Assembly (NCBI RefSeq): GCF_037042905.1
Contig: NC_087251.1
Coordinates: forward strand, 19,346,001 to 19,410,000
DNA length: 64,000 nt
From: Lytechinus pictus
Taxonomy: Eukaryota
Direction: 5' to 3'
Of this stretch, positions 1 to 11,783 are shown piece after piece; within the stretch, counting starts at the first letter, position 1, and every line of letters starts with the position of its first letter. The translations under genes and the position numbers were made by a program. The notes under the pieces were generated by a model. That model was not told the DNA's origin. It made no database searches and was given only the letters and a program-made list of their open reading frames with translations.

Positions 1-601
1 GTCGGTGGTTGATGTTGATGTTGATGTTGATGTTGCGGTTGAAGGTGTGGTGGCGGTAGGGGTGGCGGTGGAGGGGGGACAAATGGCAGCTGAGTGTGAA
101 AGTCGGCTATGCTGACAGGAGATATATGTGGTGGTAGCTCAGTGATTCTACTCTCTGGAGGAGGCATATGAAAATCCCTCCGGTGCATGTGATTTATATG
201 GGGATAAAGCCTCTCCAACCCAGGTGAATACAGCCTATCTGGGCCCGTTGGACGAATTAAGACTGGAAACGTTGGCGTGTGACCATCTACAGGATGAGAA
301 TGTGGACTGTGGACTGGTATAGGAGCCAGTGGAGGGTGAATAATTTGTGGTAAACTGCTCTCTATTGGTTTGGGAATAAGCTGCTTGCTGGTGCTAGATG
401 TTGTGCTCTTGGGTGAGAGGGAGTCCACCTGAGAGACCGACTCCACAGACACAGACCGGGACCTTGAGAAAGGCCTCTCCTCCTTTGGAAATGTGTATAT
501 CTGCATTCCATGGTCTTCCTGTGCATGTTTCAGGAGCGTTGCAGCATTCTCAAACAAGCCCTTGCAAGACACACATATGTATTTTTCAGCTGCGTGGGGA
601 T
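1..601 (-). CDS. BCL11: BCL11-family zinc-finger transcription factor, large internal exon (5' part only; continues past window start). Encodes first C2H2 finger plus Ser/Pro/His-rich region
   Basis: Minus-strand acceptor tttatttctctttgcag|AT at 602/601. Hand translation in phase 1 has no stop down to base 1: (D)PHAAEKYICVSCKGLFENAATLLKHAQEDHGMQIYTFPKEERPFSRSRSVSVES...PPPPPPLPPPHLQPQHQHQHQHQPP. C-X2-C-X12-H-X4-H followed by G-x-x-IY resembles BCL11A ZF1 ([29 protein letters not shown], from memory). Absent from the ORF track because the frame is open at the window edge. Confidence 0.93.
8..35 (-). repeat. (CAACAT)n coding hexamer repeat encoding QH dipeptides
   Basis: gttgat x4.5 on the + strand, inside the BCL11 exon. 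Confidence 0.9.
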
Positions 602-1168
602 CTGCAAAGAGAAATAAAGAATATAGAAAGGAAAATTCATTAAGCATCAAGAATGATTATATTTTAGAGGTAAATTAAATTTATTAAAATCACATACACA
701 TAAATAAAAAGGAACAAATCTTAAAGCTAAGAGCAGGGGAGAGGGAGAGAGAATGCAAATGAGAAGGAAGAAACTAGAAATGACAGAAAAGAAGGAGAAA
801 TTAAGATAAAATAATAAAAATCTAAGCTTATATCAAAAGATGCATGTAACTAAACCAAAGATAAGTCTTTTATAAAACTGAGAATAGTTAATTCAAATAT
901 TTACAGTGGGTGTTAACATGTTTAATATACAGGGCTTAGAAAGAATTCATCAAATAACTATTCGAAAGTATGTCATTGACATTTAATAAATCACAATAAC
1001 TTAATCAGATGTTCATCTTTACGCAATTCCCTGTGATAAAAATGTAGGTTAGAAATAGATTCTCCCCCTTTACAATCTTAAACCAGCTGCCAATAAATCC
1101 TAATCCATAGTGGAAAACTATGATGGGCTGTCAATGCATTCTAATTCAATTCTATGAAAAGTATTATA

Positions 1169-1975
1169 CAGTGCGTCCCAGAAAAAACGAAACCGAGATT
1201 TATCGATGATTTATCATAACTTAATCACAAATACAATAGACAAGTTACCTACCATTGTAAAGCTTTGAATCTCCTCTTTCATCTGAAATTAGTTAGATTA
1301 TTTCTCATTCACGCATGAGTAAGCAAAAAAAAAGCAAAAATTCACCTGGCGGGCTGTATCGAAGTTTCAAAAAGAAAACCACATTTCAAAAAAATTCAAT
1401 ATCTGCTCTTTAATTTGATACCTTAATTACAGAAAATGGTCAAGAAATAACAAAGTTCTGCTTGTTTGAAATAAAGCTTGAATTTCAATGATTTCATAAA
1501 ATGAAGAGGTTTTACAGGCTAGCATTCACAGTCACTCAACACTCCGTTTTCTTGAGGATCAGCCATGCATTAAGTCTTTTGTTAACCGTGCGATAGCTTC
1601 TGTGGGAAACTGGTGAAAACACGTTTATTTAATGAAATTATGGAAATACAAGCATTGATTCAAGGGAACAGAACTTTTTTACTTCTTGACCATTTTCTGT
1701 GATTAAGGTATCAAATAAAAGAGCAGATATTGAACTTTTTAGGAATGTGATTTTCTTTTTGAAATTCAGATACCCCCCCGCCAAATGATTTTTTGGTATC
1801 CTTTCTTCAAATTGTTTTTGCTCACTCATGCGTAAATGCGGAATAATCTAAGTAATTTCAGATGAAAGAGGAGATTCTAAGCTTTACAATGGTAGGTCAC
1901 TTGTCTATTGTATTTGTGATTAAGTTATGATAAATCATCCATAAATCTCGGTTTCGTTTTTTGTGGGACGCACTG
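1169..1975. mobile_element. Non-autonomous Tc1/mariner-type foldback MITE (807 bp) with ~290-bp inverted arms
   Basis: Starts TA|CAGTGCGTCCCAGAAAAAACGAAACCGAGATTTAT and ends ATAAATCTCGGTTTCGTTTTTTGTGGGACGCACTG|TA. TA on both sides (1167-1168, 1976-1977). Arm complementarity continues inward to about 1460 and 1669. No transposase ORF. Confidence 0.92.
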
Positions 1976-2439
1976 TATAGAATTTATACACTGGGTGTCA
2001 TATATGAAGTTATGAAAAAGTTTATTCTATATTTTGAGGCAAAATGAGAGGACAGCTTCATAAATAAATGCAAACTGCAGGCTGTAATGAAAAGCAATAG
2101 AAACTTTATGGATGGAAAGAAAAAGGCATAAAATGAGTTGGTTTGGCATTACTGCCAATGGATAATGATATGACACTGTGGGATGTACTAGGATTTGACC
2201 GACTCAACATCTTCATGAATATTCTGCATGGCATCCATAACTCTTATTTGCAGACAGAATAATGCATGCATTATACATGTACATATACCTTTTCTCATAA
2301 AGGTCCCTCTAGCTTTCTTATGAATAAAAAAAAAACTGCTACTTTCTGTATTTATTTCTTGATAAATTGATGTAATTCTCACATTGTTTCTTTTTTAAAT
2401 CAGTGCATCCCTAGTTGGGCTCTCAACAACTAATTGATT

Positions 2440-2905
2440 TGAATTAAAGTAGAAGAATAGAATGAGCACAACACTGATATGTCATCAAAAGTAGAAGTAA
2501 ATTAAGAAAGTTATGTAATTTTAAATTTGTACTCAATCTCACAAAAAAATGTTGCATACACAATATGACTTTTGGACTTTGCTATTTGAAAATTGAAACA
2601 TGATATTTCACTATTTTCCCCTTGTAATATATGGTCTGCTTGTTCAGTGAACATGTAAAGAATCACCATTATTGTATGTTATTATTTTTCAACCAACACA
2701 TCGTTTTATTTCAAATTTTTGAAAAATTGAAATATTCAATATTTTATTAAAAATATACTAAAATCTTAAAAAATAGTGTGTGATGCCATCACTACTTTGC
2801 ATATCACTATGATTTTTGTGTGCAAATGACTGTTCTGTGAAATTGAGCTAAACCTTAAAATATCATGAAGTCTTCCTAGTTTGAATCTGATTTAAATGAA
2901 ACTTT
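2440..2905. mobile_element. Highly degraded palindromic DNA-transposon remnant (Kolobok-like MITE?)
   Basis: Loose inverted similarity between tcatcaaaagtagaagtaaattaagaaagttatgtaattttaa (~2482-2525) and ttaaaatatcatgaagtcttcctagtttgaatctgatttaaatgaaa (~2855-2901). Termini not recognisable; family call is from memory of similar sea-urchin repeats. Confidence 0.3.
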
Positions 2906-5242
2906 TATTCTCATAAGGGAGTGGCTTAATGATTATTTTTTAAGAAATTGGGATTACACATCAATTTCATGTTCAGCATTGTCATCAACATCAATGGCTA
3001 GACATAGGCAGGTCAATTAAAAAAAATGAAAGAAAACTTTCACATTATTCGACAGAACAAACATGTTTATATTATGTGAATTTATATTACATAATTTTTA
3101 GGATGATGAGTATCAACATAAAATTTTGATAATTTTTTAATCAGTTTATTCTTCATATTTCTTGGCATGCAAATTATATTAAATGATAGGGGAGGGAGAA
3201 GGGTCAATTCAAAGAGATCATCTATTCATATAACAACCAGCAATGAAAAAAATTATAGTACAACATCAAATTTTCTTGTCTAAAGTGTATTGTGGTTAAA
3301 TCTGTGAATCTAGTAGCAATGTAGGTCAAGCGTATGCAAGCCTAATCAGGTCTAAATTCTTCACCAGACATCACGATTCGATTGGTCAAAGTGACCTTGG
3401 ATATTAGTTCCAAAGCGATGACCATCATCTCTTTTAATTTGACCATCATCTGATCATTACTTCCACAAAAGACAAATCTAATTAATTGCTGACCTAATAT
3501 TTCTATTCCCCTTTTTCTTCGCATTATACCCCCGAAAGTGTTACATACATGTTCCTGATGTGTTTTTTTATCCCCTCAACCTCCACCTGCCCCCCCCCCC
3601 TTCATCGCTATCCACCTATCTCGTTTTCTTGACCTACTTCTTTGAACCATGACTATGAAGGTGTAAAGAATGGCAGTATTAATTCACAGTTATAATTCCC
3701 GGTAAGATTGAATTGTGATATTTTGTCACTGAGGTGTGAGTATTAGTATAAAGTTTAGGTTGAAATCAACCAGGTCAGCAAAAGTTCATATGTACCAGTA
3801 GAATTAGTACTTGGCTAGACAGGCCTATGTCTGAGACAGCTCATTAAAAAATAAATAATTATAACAATAGGCTGCCATTAGCAGGCATGCAATGCGCTAA
3901 TTATCATTCAACTCCTTTAAAGCTTTTGGAAATAAATTGTGTATGAAAATGGTTTGTTTCCTCCATGAATTTAAAATTTTACTAATGAAAGGAAATACAT
4001 TTATACCTCTATTTTCCTGAACTATTTTATCATACCAAACTCTTAAACCTTGCTTGGTGGGACATCAACAAGGCAGCAAAGACTCATGACCCATCAATTT
4101 TTTTTTGTCCACCAATCATATTGAATCAAGGATATTAGCTCAATTCTATATAATAAAGTCAAATAAAGTTAACTTTCAGAGAAGTCATAGGTTGAAACAC
4201 ATTTCACAGCCAAACATAACCAAACAATGTGAATCTAAGACATGCATGCATTTCCTTCTGCAGTCATCTTCTATAAGTGACCGACTTTTGGGAACGGTTG
4301 AAATGGAGGTCACTCAAACACTGTACTGACCACAGTGACTGGTCGATTGGTCAAAGGCAAAAGATATTGCATGCTATCTGGACAGCTGACACTTAAGTGA
4401 ATCATAATTATTGATAAATGATGGACTGCGGGTAGAATTCATTGAGATTCACCAGTGCAAGAATAATTAGAAATGCTGATTGCTTGTTAATGGTCAATAA
4501 GTTTGTGAATTTTATTTTCTGACCAGCTGCCATTCTTGTTCACATTAGCGAGGGCAAATTGGCCAACCCTGATTGTAATAAAAAAATCAACAATATTTTT
4601 TTTTATCTGACGTCATTCACAATGAGGAAAGGGCTTGGTATTTCATGAATCCAACATTTTTTTTTAATTTTCACTCGATTTGGATTCATTTTACAGGGTG
4701 TCATTAATATACATTAACAATTTATTAATGCATGGACTGCTTTAAAAGAAAGGAAATGATAATGGGTGAAAAGGTTGAGACAGCATTTTACTTCCTTTTG
4801 AAAATATACTGGTGCCATTTAGTTAACTGTACAGACTGAAATATCATCACATTTACAATGTTGTGTAAAGACCTTCAACTTTAGAAACATTAGTTAATAC
4901 ATACATGTATATCATCTTTCAAGAGTTCCCTAGTTTTAATTAAACATGAAATAGTGACCACAGGGGCAAAATGCATAAGCAAATGTAAACAGCCCTAAAA
5001 CTGAATATTTAGGCAAGCAAGCTAAATACAAGCTATATAACAACAATAGATTTTTGAAACTATTTTTATAATTACTTTAAACAAGTGATTATCACCACTC
5101 AAACAACAATGGGCAAGATTAATAAGTTTTCTCTGTTTATGTAACATTAATTTTTGATGAATTTAGTTTTAATTCATTATAACATAATGAACATTTGTTC
5201 TTTGTACATGGGAAGGGAATTATCAAAATGATAGGTTGATAG

Positions 5243-5815
5243 TATACAAATATACAATGACACTCGAGGATCTGGCTAAAACTATTCGCATCGAAGGAAC
5301 ATCACATAGTACTATATGTGATGTTCCTGAGTGCGAATAGTTTTAGCCTGTTCCGAGAATGGGTCAATGTATATTTGTTTTATATCCCTTCAACTCATAT
5401 ATATTCTTCGTTGATACCCGACTTTTACAGCGAAACGATTTTTAATATATAGAACAATCGCTGAGAAGTTGAGAAAATAATAAGCCTTGCCGTATGGATC
5501 GTCTGTTCAGCGAGCGCACCTGGTTAGTGCAGCTCGCCGAAAGTTTCCCGTGGTATGCAGTGGAGAGTACCGTTGGGCTGAGCAGCGCTCTGCTCGCATT
5601 GCGCTGCACAGCTCGCGAGATTAGAGGTAGGGGGGGGGGGTAAAAAAAACATAAAGTTAACTTTTTCTCTAGGGAAAAAATGGACTATGTGTGACGTCAG
5701 CAAGGAAAATGAACTATTTCATGGCAAACATTTTTCGTAGTAAAACTATTCTTTTTCTCCTTGTGTACACTCTCAATACAACAATCTTAAGGGATATAAT
5801 ATTTGATATATCCCT
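5243..5815. mobile_element. Non-autonomous element with 133-bp terminal hairpin and loxP-like right junction (Crypton/tyrosine-recombinase-type candidate)
   Basis: Imperfect palindrome 5246-5378 centred on GGAACATCACATA-gtacta-TATGTGATGTTCC. TTATATCCCTT (5380-5390) is the exact reverse complement of AAGGGATATAA (5789-5799). CpG-rich interior 5490-5625. No TIR/TSD pair. Confidence 0.55.
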
Positions 5816-6693
5816 GACATAGACCTTAATACAATAAATAGATCACAACATGTTCCAATCACACTTTTATATGATCAAGGACACAACTGACCTCAGTGAA
5901 AGTACATGTGACCTTCAACTGGCCTGTGGTCAAGTTAAACTGTCCTTTACTCTGTAAAAGGACGTAATTAGTTTGGACTTCTCACCAACCAAAACGATCC
6001 CCTGAAAATAGCCTCAGGAGATGAACTGGCTCAAATAATTTAAATTCAGTTTTATTCAATCACAAAGAATTAATCAAAGTATTAAGATGGCCAGGAAAAG
6101 ACTAATGAAGTTCACACTCTTGCAAGTTCAATACTGCCCACAATAGAGCAAGAATTGGGATATTTTGAACAACGCCATCTGTAGAGGGAAACTATGCAGT
6201 TGTGATTTCAAAGGAACTTTGTTCAACACAGATGTTAACATGTATGTTAAATGAAAAAAAATTATAGTTGCACAATATGAGATCAAAATGAAAGGTTTCA
6301 TTGCAATATAAACTTGAGGGTTAGGTAAATGTTGAAACAGACCGTGGAAAGCATATTAAGCATCTTTTCCCCTTCTGTCCTTCACAAGTTTATCTCCTTT
6401 TAAAAAATATTTTGGGGTTACTTCCCCTGTTTATAGCATTTGCTTTTTATCATCAATTTCTCCTTCTCTTCATTTTCTCCAATAGATCTGTCATCATCCT
6501 CTTACTCACAATTGCTTCTGAATGAAGATTAACCCTTTATGTGATGATACAAACCACACAACACACTCTGTGTTTTATCATTTAGTTAGTAAAAAAAAAT
6601 CTGCAAATTTCTAGAAGAATTCTGAGTGGGTCTGCAAAACCTAGACTATAGAGAGGCATTGTTTACAATCCCTGTCCAGTCTGTTATGATAGC

Positions 6694-6850
6694 CTTGGTT
6701 GTAATCCTAGTAGTATCCCACAGGTTATGTAATCAGTCTGGAAGGCTCATGACTGGAGTAACCTTGTCCTCTTGATTGGGTAATCCTAAATACATCCTGA
6801 GTTATGTAATCAGTCTGCATTTTACAGGAATGGCCTTGTCCTTAGATTCA
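6694..6850. repeat. Degenerate ~77-bp tandem duplication
   Basis: GTTATGTAATCAGTCTG at 6724 and 6801; GTAATCCTA and CCTTGTCCT also recur at similar spacing. Confidence 0.7.
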
Positions 6851-7002
6851 GGTCACCAAACAATCTGAATGGACTGGTAGAGTACTATATATACCTATAT
6901 TCATTCACAGATGGAAGTTTTACTGTGTCTGAGCAAGTCCAAAATTAAATTAAATTCAATGTTTTTTTGTACAAGTGTTTTTTTATTACTGATATTATGG
7001 GC

Positions 7003-7070
7003 ATCATCATCACCATCATCATTGTGTTGATAATTATGATGAAGATCATGATCATCATCACTATTATCAT
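7003..7070. repeat. Degenerate (ATC)n/(ATG)n microsatellite
   Basis: catcatcatcaccatcatcat...gatcatcatcactattatcat. Confidence 0.7.
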
Positions 7071-8580
7071 TTTTATCAAAAATATTGAACAATCAATATC
7101 AAACAGAAAAATCTGAACAATATATGCATTGCAACTGAGAACTGACAAAAACAATATATAGAAATAATAATAAAGAAAAGTTCTTGTCAGGATATCAACT
7201 GACCCATTTCCTTCAAATAAGATTTACCAGTTTGTGGATGTATTGTGACATGAATGATTAATTTCATTTTCAAAATAAAATGACTTCTTGAATGAACACT
7301 GTTTATTCATTGGCATGAGATGAGAGGAGTTGGTTTATTATCATTTGAAATCTACCTCTGAATGGAAGGGGAAGTCTATTGATTGAAGCCGTAAACAAAG
7401 TCTTGTAAAAGATGAAAGCAAAATTAAGACTGAAGACTTAGTTCATGTCAGTAGGGGTTTGGGGTATAAGAAGTGTGTTGAGGAACAATGAGTCTGATAA
7501 GGGTAAGGTTAAGGATCGAGAAGAAAGTACAGACGTCAATGAGGTCTGTAGTATTGTACAACATGCATATTGTATAAACATATATGAAGCAGCTATTTTG
7601 CACATTACACAAGCTTAGTGTATTTTAGAAAAAAATAATTCCCTGTAAAAATTGAAAATAGACATAAAAACTAATTACATAGGAGATCTTAGTTTGGTAT
7701 ATGATACAACATACTTTTTAAGGGTATAGAATTAAAAACATGGTTGCTTTAAATTGATTTGAAGTCAGTTGTAAACTAAATGTCTTTTTCAAAATGAATT
7801 GCTGAAAAAGATGACTTTTAAAAGTCAATTGAATGCAACATTGTAATACAGGCCTTGCAGTTCAAATACGCATTGCCTACACTCCAAATCGACCTGTACT
7901 TCCTGGGGCAGACTAACTGATATGCGATGTGCAGCGGGTGGGCTAGAAAAGTGGAAAGAAACAGTTTTATTAATTACTCTCTCCAAGAAATTATATTTCA
8001 TGTTTTCTTTTTCTATTCATGTTTGTGATTGTAGCTTAACAGAACTGATTGAATACATCCTATGTACTACATCTGAAACATTATCCCCTTCTTCAATTTC
8101 AGTAGGTTGAAGTACTGCTAAAGATGTGTAAGCATTCCCCCTCGGTACTTTTTATTTAGCTTTGAGTGTCCTCAGTCACTAGTAGTTTGGTTTCTACTAG
8201 TACGAAGACTATTTTAAAATGCAAACATTGTTCAAAGAAAGTGAAATAAAATATTTTTTTTTGTGTGTTTAGCACAATACTGTTTGGTGCGATTACAGAA
8301 ATATTAATTTTAATGATGGAAACAAAAAATTGCGGGGGGGGGGGGGAGTAAAGAGTAAAGTAACTGGATAAAAGGCCCAGAGATATAAGAATGCTTTAGA
8401 AGAAGCATCATGTATATCAAAGTCATTAAGCACAGTATGCTACTCATGTGGTTGATATGCATGCATGGATGTGTGTGTATATATATATATATACACGTTT
8501 GGTATTAGCCATTCAGGCCTGCAAGCCACCATCACATGAACATCCATGTGAATGTGATTAACATTGGTGTGGCTTATTCG

Positions 8581-8610
8581 CTCTCTCTTTCACTCTCTCT
8601 CTCTCTCTCT
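8581..8610. repeat. (CT)n microsatellite
   Basis: ctctctctttcactctctctctctctctct. Confidence 0.85.
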
Positions 8611-9526
8611 TCATCTCACTTCCTTCCTTTCTCACTGGACTCTATTCGGTGAAGACATCTCCGCCAGCCACGCACTGACCACTGTGATTCATAAAACATC
8701 CCTGGCATGCCGACAGGAATGCTTAATGTCCGCAACACACCACATTCATAATATATAGGGCGCATGTGTGTGCATTTCTTACACCATCAAATTGGCTACA
8801 TTAGCAGAACTAGGTAGGGGTAGCCGTCAAAGATATCCTTTATGTTGAATATATGCTCCCAACCGCCAATGTTCCAGAGAATTTTATGAAATGCAAGCTA
8901 ACATATTAATGAGGCTAGAGCTGTCTACACTGGCTACTGTATTTGTATGCAAGGCAGCGATGTTGTGGCAACACAGAATTAATCTTCCCCTGACTGGAAT
9001 TTTGCTGCATTTTAATATCTCAAGAAGACAGACCCCTGAAGAAATACATCAATGTCAATAAATAATACTACTGTGAATAATGGAAGCAATCAGACAGTAT
9101 AAAAAAAGGGGAGAAATTGACAAAAAGTGTGCTTTTCCTTGATGAGTTGTAGACAAGAAAGTGAGTAGGATTTTATATAGGAAGAATAAGAGAGACAGTG
9201 AGACATCAAAGGAAGATTGAAAAAAAAAACCTAATGGAAAATAAAATTATACTATGTAACCAAAACGGTGAATCCATGGATACTATCACATGTAACAGAC
9301 ATTCAAATTAATAATGTATACTGATTTCAGCAGTAAAATATTGTAAAGAACAAAATGAAATTAAAAGATGTAAAAGTGATATGTAGAAAGAAAAAAAGTT
9401 CAACTTCAGAGTTGTTATGACGTAGCGATACATAGAATTAAACAGATAGAAAAGAATGAAGAACAGTGAAAGAGAGAGGGGTGAGAAAAAAGTGAGAAAG
9501 AACTATAATTGAGATAAGAGAAAAAT

Positions 9527-9552
9527 GAGAGAGAGAGAGAGAGAGAGATAGA
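9527..9552. repeat. (GA)n microsatellite in a purine-rich tract
   Basis: gagagagagagagagagagagataga. Confidence 0.9.
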
Positions 9553-10912
9553 GGAAGAAATCATATTCATATGTGTATTACTGTGTGTGTGTGTGAAAGA
9601 GAGGGGGATAGAGATAGAGAGAAGGGGGGGGGGTACTGAACATGGGATATTATTCTAGTATTGGTGCTATCTGATGTCTGTGTTGTGACTAAGGAGTTCT
9701 GATGATGTGATTGGGTCGCGATCCTATGACAGCCCAGCCCCTTTCACGTCGCTTTGTATTTCCTTGCCGATGACTCCAGAGGAACAACTTTATAATCAGA
9801 TCTCAAAGCACGTAAATATATATCTCATTTACAGGTAGGTCAGCATCATTTATTCTGCATGATCATACACACACCCAGTTGGTCTGGATGCCCTTCCCCT
9901 GTGTGTGAGCGTAACTATCTCTTGAAGATCAGCCAAAATGTTGCCATGTTTGCCTTGAAATTAATTTAAGAAGCAGAAAAAGATTTCTAAAAATGTTTCT
10001 ATGTTTCTCTTCCAATTTTTCCGACTGAATTAAAATAAAGTAATCAGAAGCATCTTCTCCACACAAACTTCGTGGAAAAAAGATAAAGTTACTTGAATAT
10101 GCTAAAGGAATAAGTTCAAGATCTAATCAAGAACCCGTTCTGATTGCGAGCAGTTTGCACATTAATATTAAAGAAAGGAAACAGTTTGGTAGAATTAGTC
10201 CCTGATCACCACACAAGCATACAATGTGCGTAATTAAACATGTCAGACTAAAATAATAAATTGATTATACAAGTTTCTGCTTTCTTTTACATCTCCCCCA
10301 TTGACTTTTAATACTTTAATAGTCATTTATCATTTCTTACTATTCAACTCGCATCAATGTGAAAATCAAACAGCAATTATAATGTTTAAATTGATAAGAG
10401 GGTGTGGCCACTGAGCATTATACTGATCATATCGATGTGTTGTCTGAGCAAGTATTATATTCATATTCCATTGCTATATATATATCATCTGAATATTTCA
10501 TAATACCTGTTTACTTCTTTTCTATCTATCCATGCCATCAGCATTATTTGGAGGCTATTGTCAGGTTGTAGTTGTTGGTTGAGAGAATACAATCAAAGAC
10601 CAACCTACAGTCCATGATTAGGATTTAGACTGTGCAACCAAATTCCATCACTTCGCAACAGACAAACTAATATAGTATTTGCTTTGGAGTCGGAATCGCT
10701 ATCGCTGACCCCTGGATCTGCAAACTGGGAGGGTTTGGCAGACAATATTGAACCAACGGACCATGAACTTGGCATTGTTGATCATCGAGACATTGTGTGG
10801 ATTGCAAGAGAATGAGGCATAGCCTTACATTAGCCATAGAATGTTACAGGGTTGGCTGAAGTTGGGTGACGAGATGGGGGCAAGGGTGCATGTGAAATGG
10901 TTCTCTTTAACT

Positions 10913-11113
10913 GCCCTTTCACACGGTTCCAAAATCGTAGTTTGAATGATGATTCCAGTGAAAAATAATTCTAATGACAAATTTTTAGCACGTGTGAAAC
11001 CAAACTAGAATCACGAACGCTAATCACAATCACGAATTTAAATTCTACTCCTGAGGTGAATTCCAGTTTAAGTTTCACTCAAAATACGGTACGAATTTTA
11101 CGTCTGAAAGGGG
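10913..11113. mobile_element. Short MITE, PIF/Harbinger-like termini
   Basis: CCCTTTCACACG at 10914 and CGTCTGAAAGGG at 11101-11112 form an 11/12 inverted match. Interior is CpG-rich with repeated aatcac(g)aa. TSD not clear. Confidence 0.5.
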
Positions 11114-11589
11114 TGACCTCCAAAACATCTTTTGAGGGGCGGAGCTTATATGACCTTTCGAATTCAAATCACAGTTTTCCATTGAACGTGTGAATGGTAG
11201 AATGATTCTAAAGACAAATTGCAATAATCATTACAATGATGATTCAAGATTCTCGTGTGAAAAGGCTCCAAGTTGCACAATACCTCAAAGCAACTACAAT
11301 ATACTGCAGACACACCAACATTTACAAAGCCGATTCCAAACAAAACAAGGGTATATCTTCGCAAATAATGTAATAGATTTGGTGGCCTGGAGTGGATTTG
11401 TAATCTGTCATCATAGTAAAATCCCTAATGATGTTAAATCCTTGCTATTATAAACAAAATTGAGTTATAATAAAGACAAGATATCACCAATATATAATTG
11501 TATATTTTGGTTGGCATTAGCTTTTTATTATGCAGAACATCTTCAAATTGCAACAGGTGCAGTAATAACTTAACCTGGAAAAGCAACCT

Positions 11590-11783
11590 TCACACATGGC
11601 AACAACTACCACCACACCTGGCAACAACTACCACCACACCTGGCAATAGCTACCACCACACATGGCAACAACTACCACCACAACCAGCAACAACTACCGC
11701 CAAATCCGGCAACAACTACCACCAAATCCGGCAACAACTACCACCACACCCGGCAACAACTACCACCAATCCCGGCAACAACT
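11590..11783. repeat. 22-bp minisatellite, ~9 copies (GGCAACAACTACCACCACACCT)
   Basis: Unit starts at 11598, 11620, 11642, 11664, 11686, 11708, 11730, 11752, 11774. Confidence 0.95.

Noticed and set aside
398..678. Plus-strand ORFs of 81 and 61 aa
   Set aside because: Antisense shadow of the BCL11 ZF1 exon.
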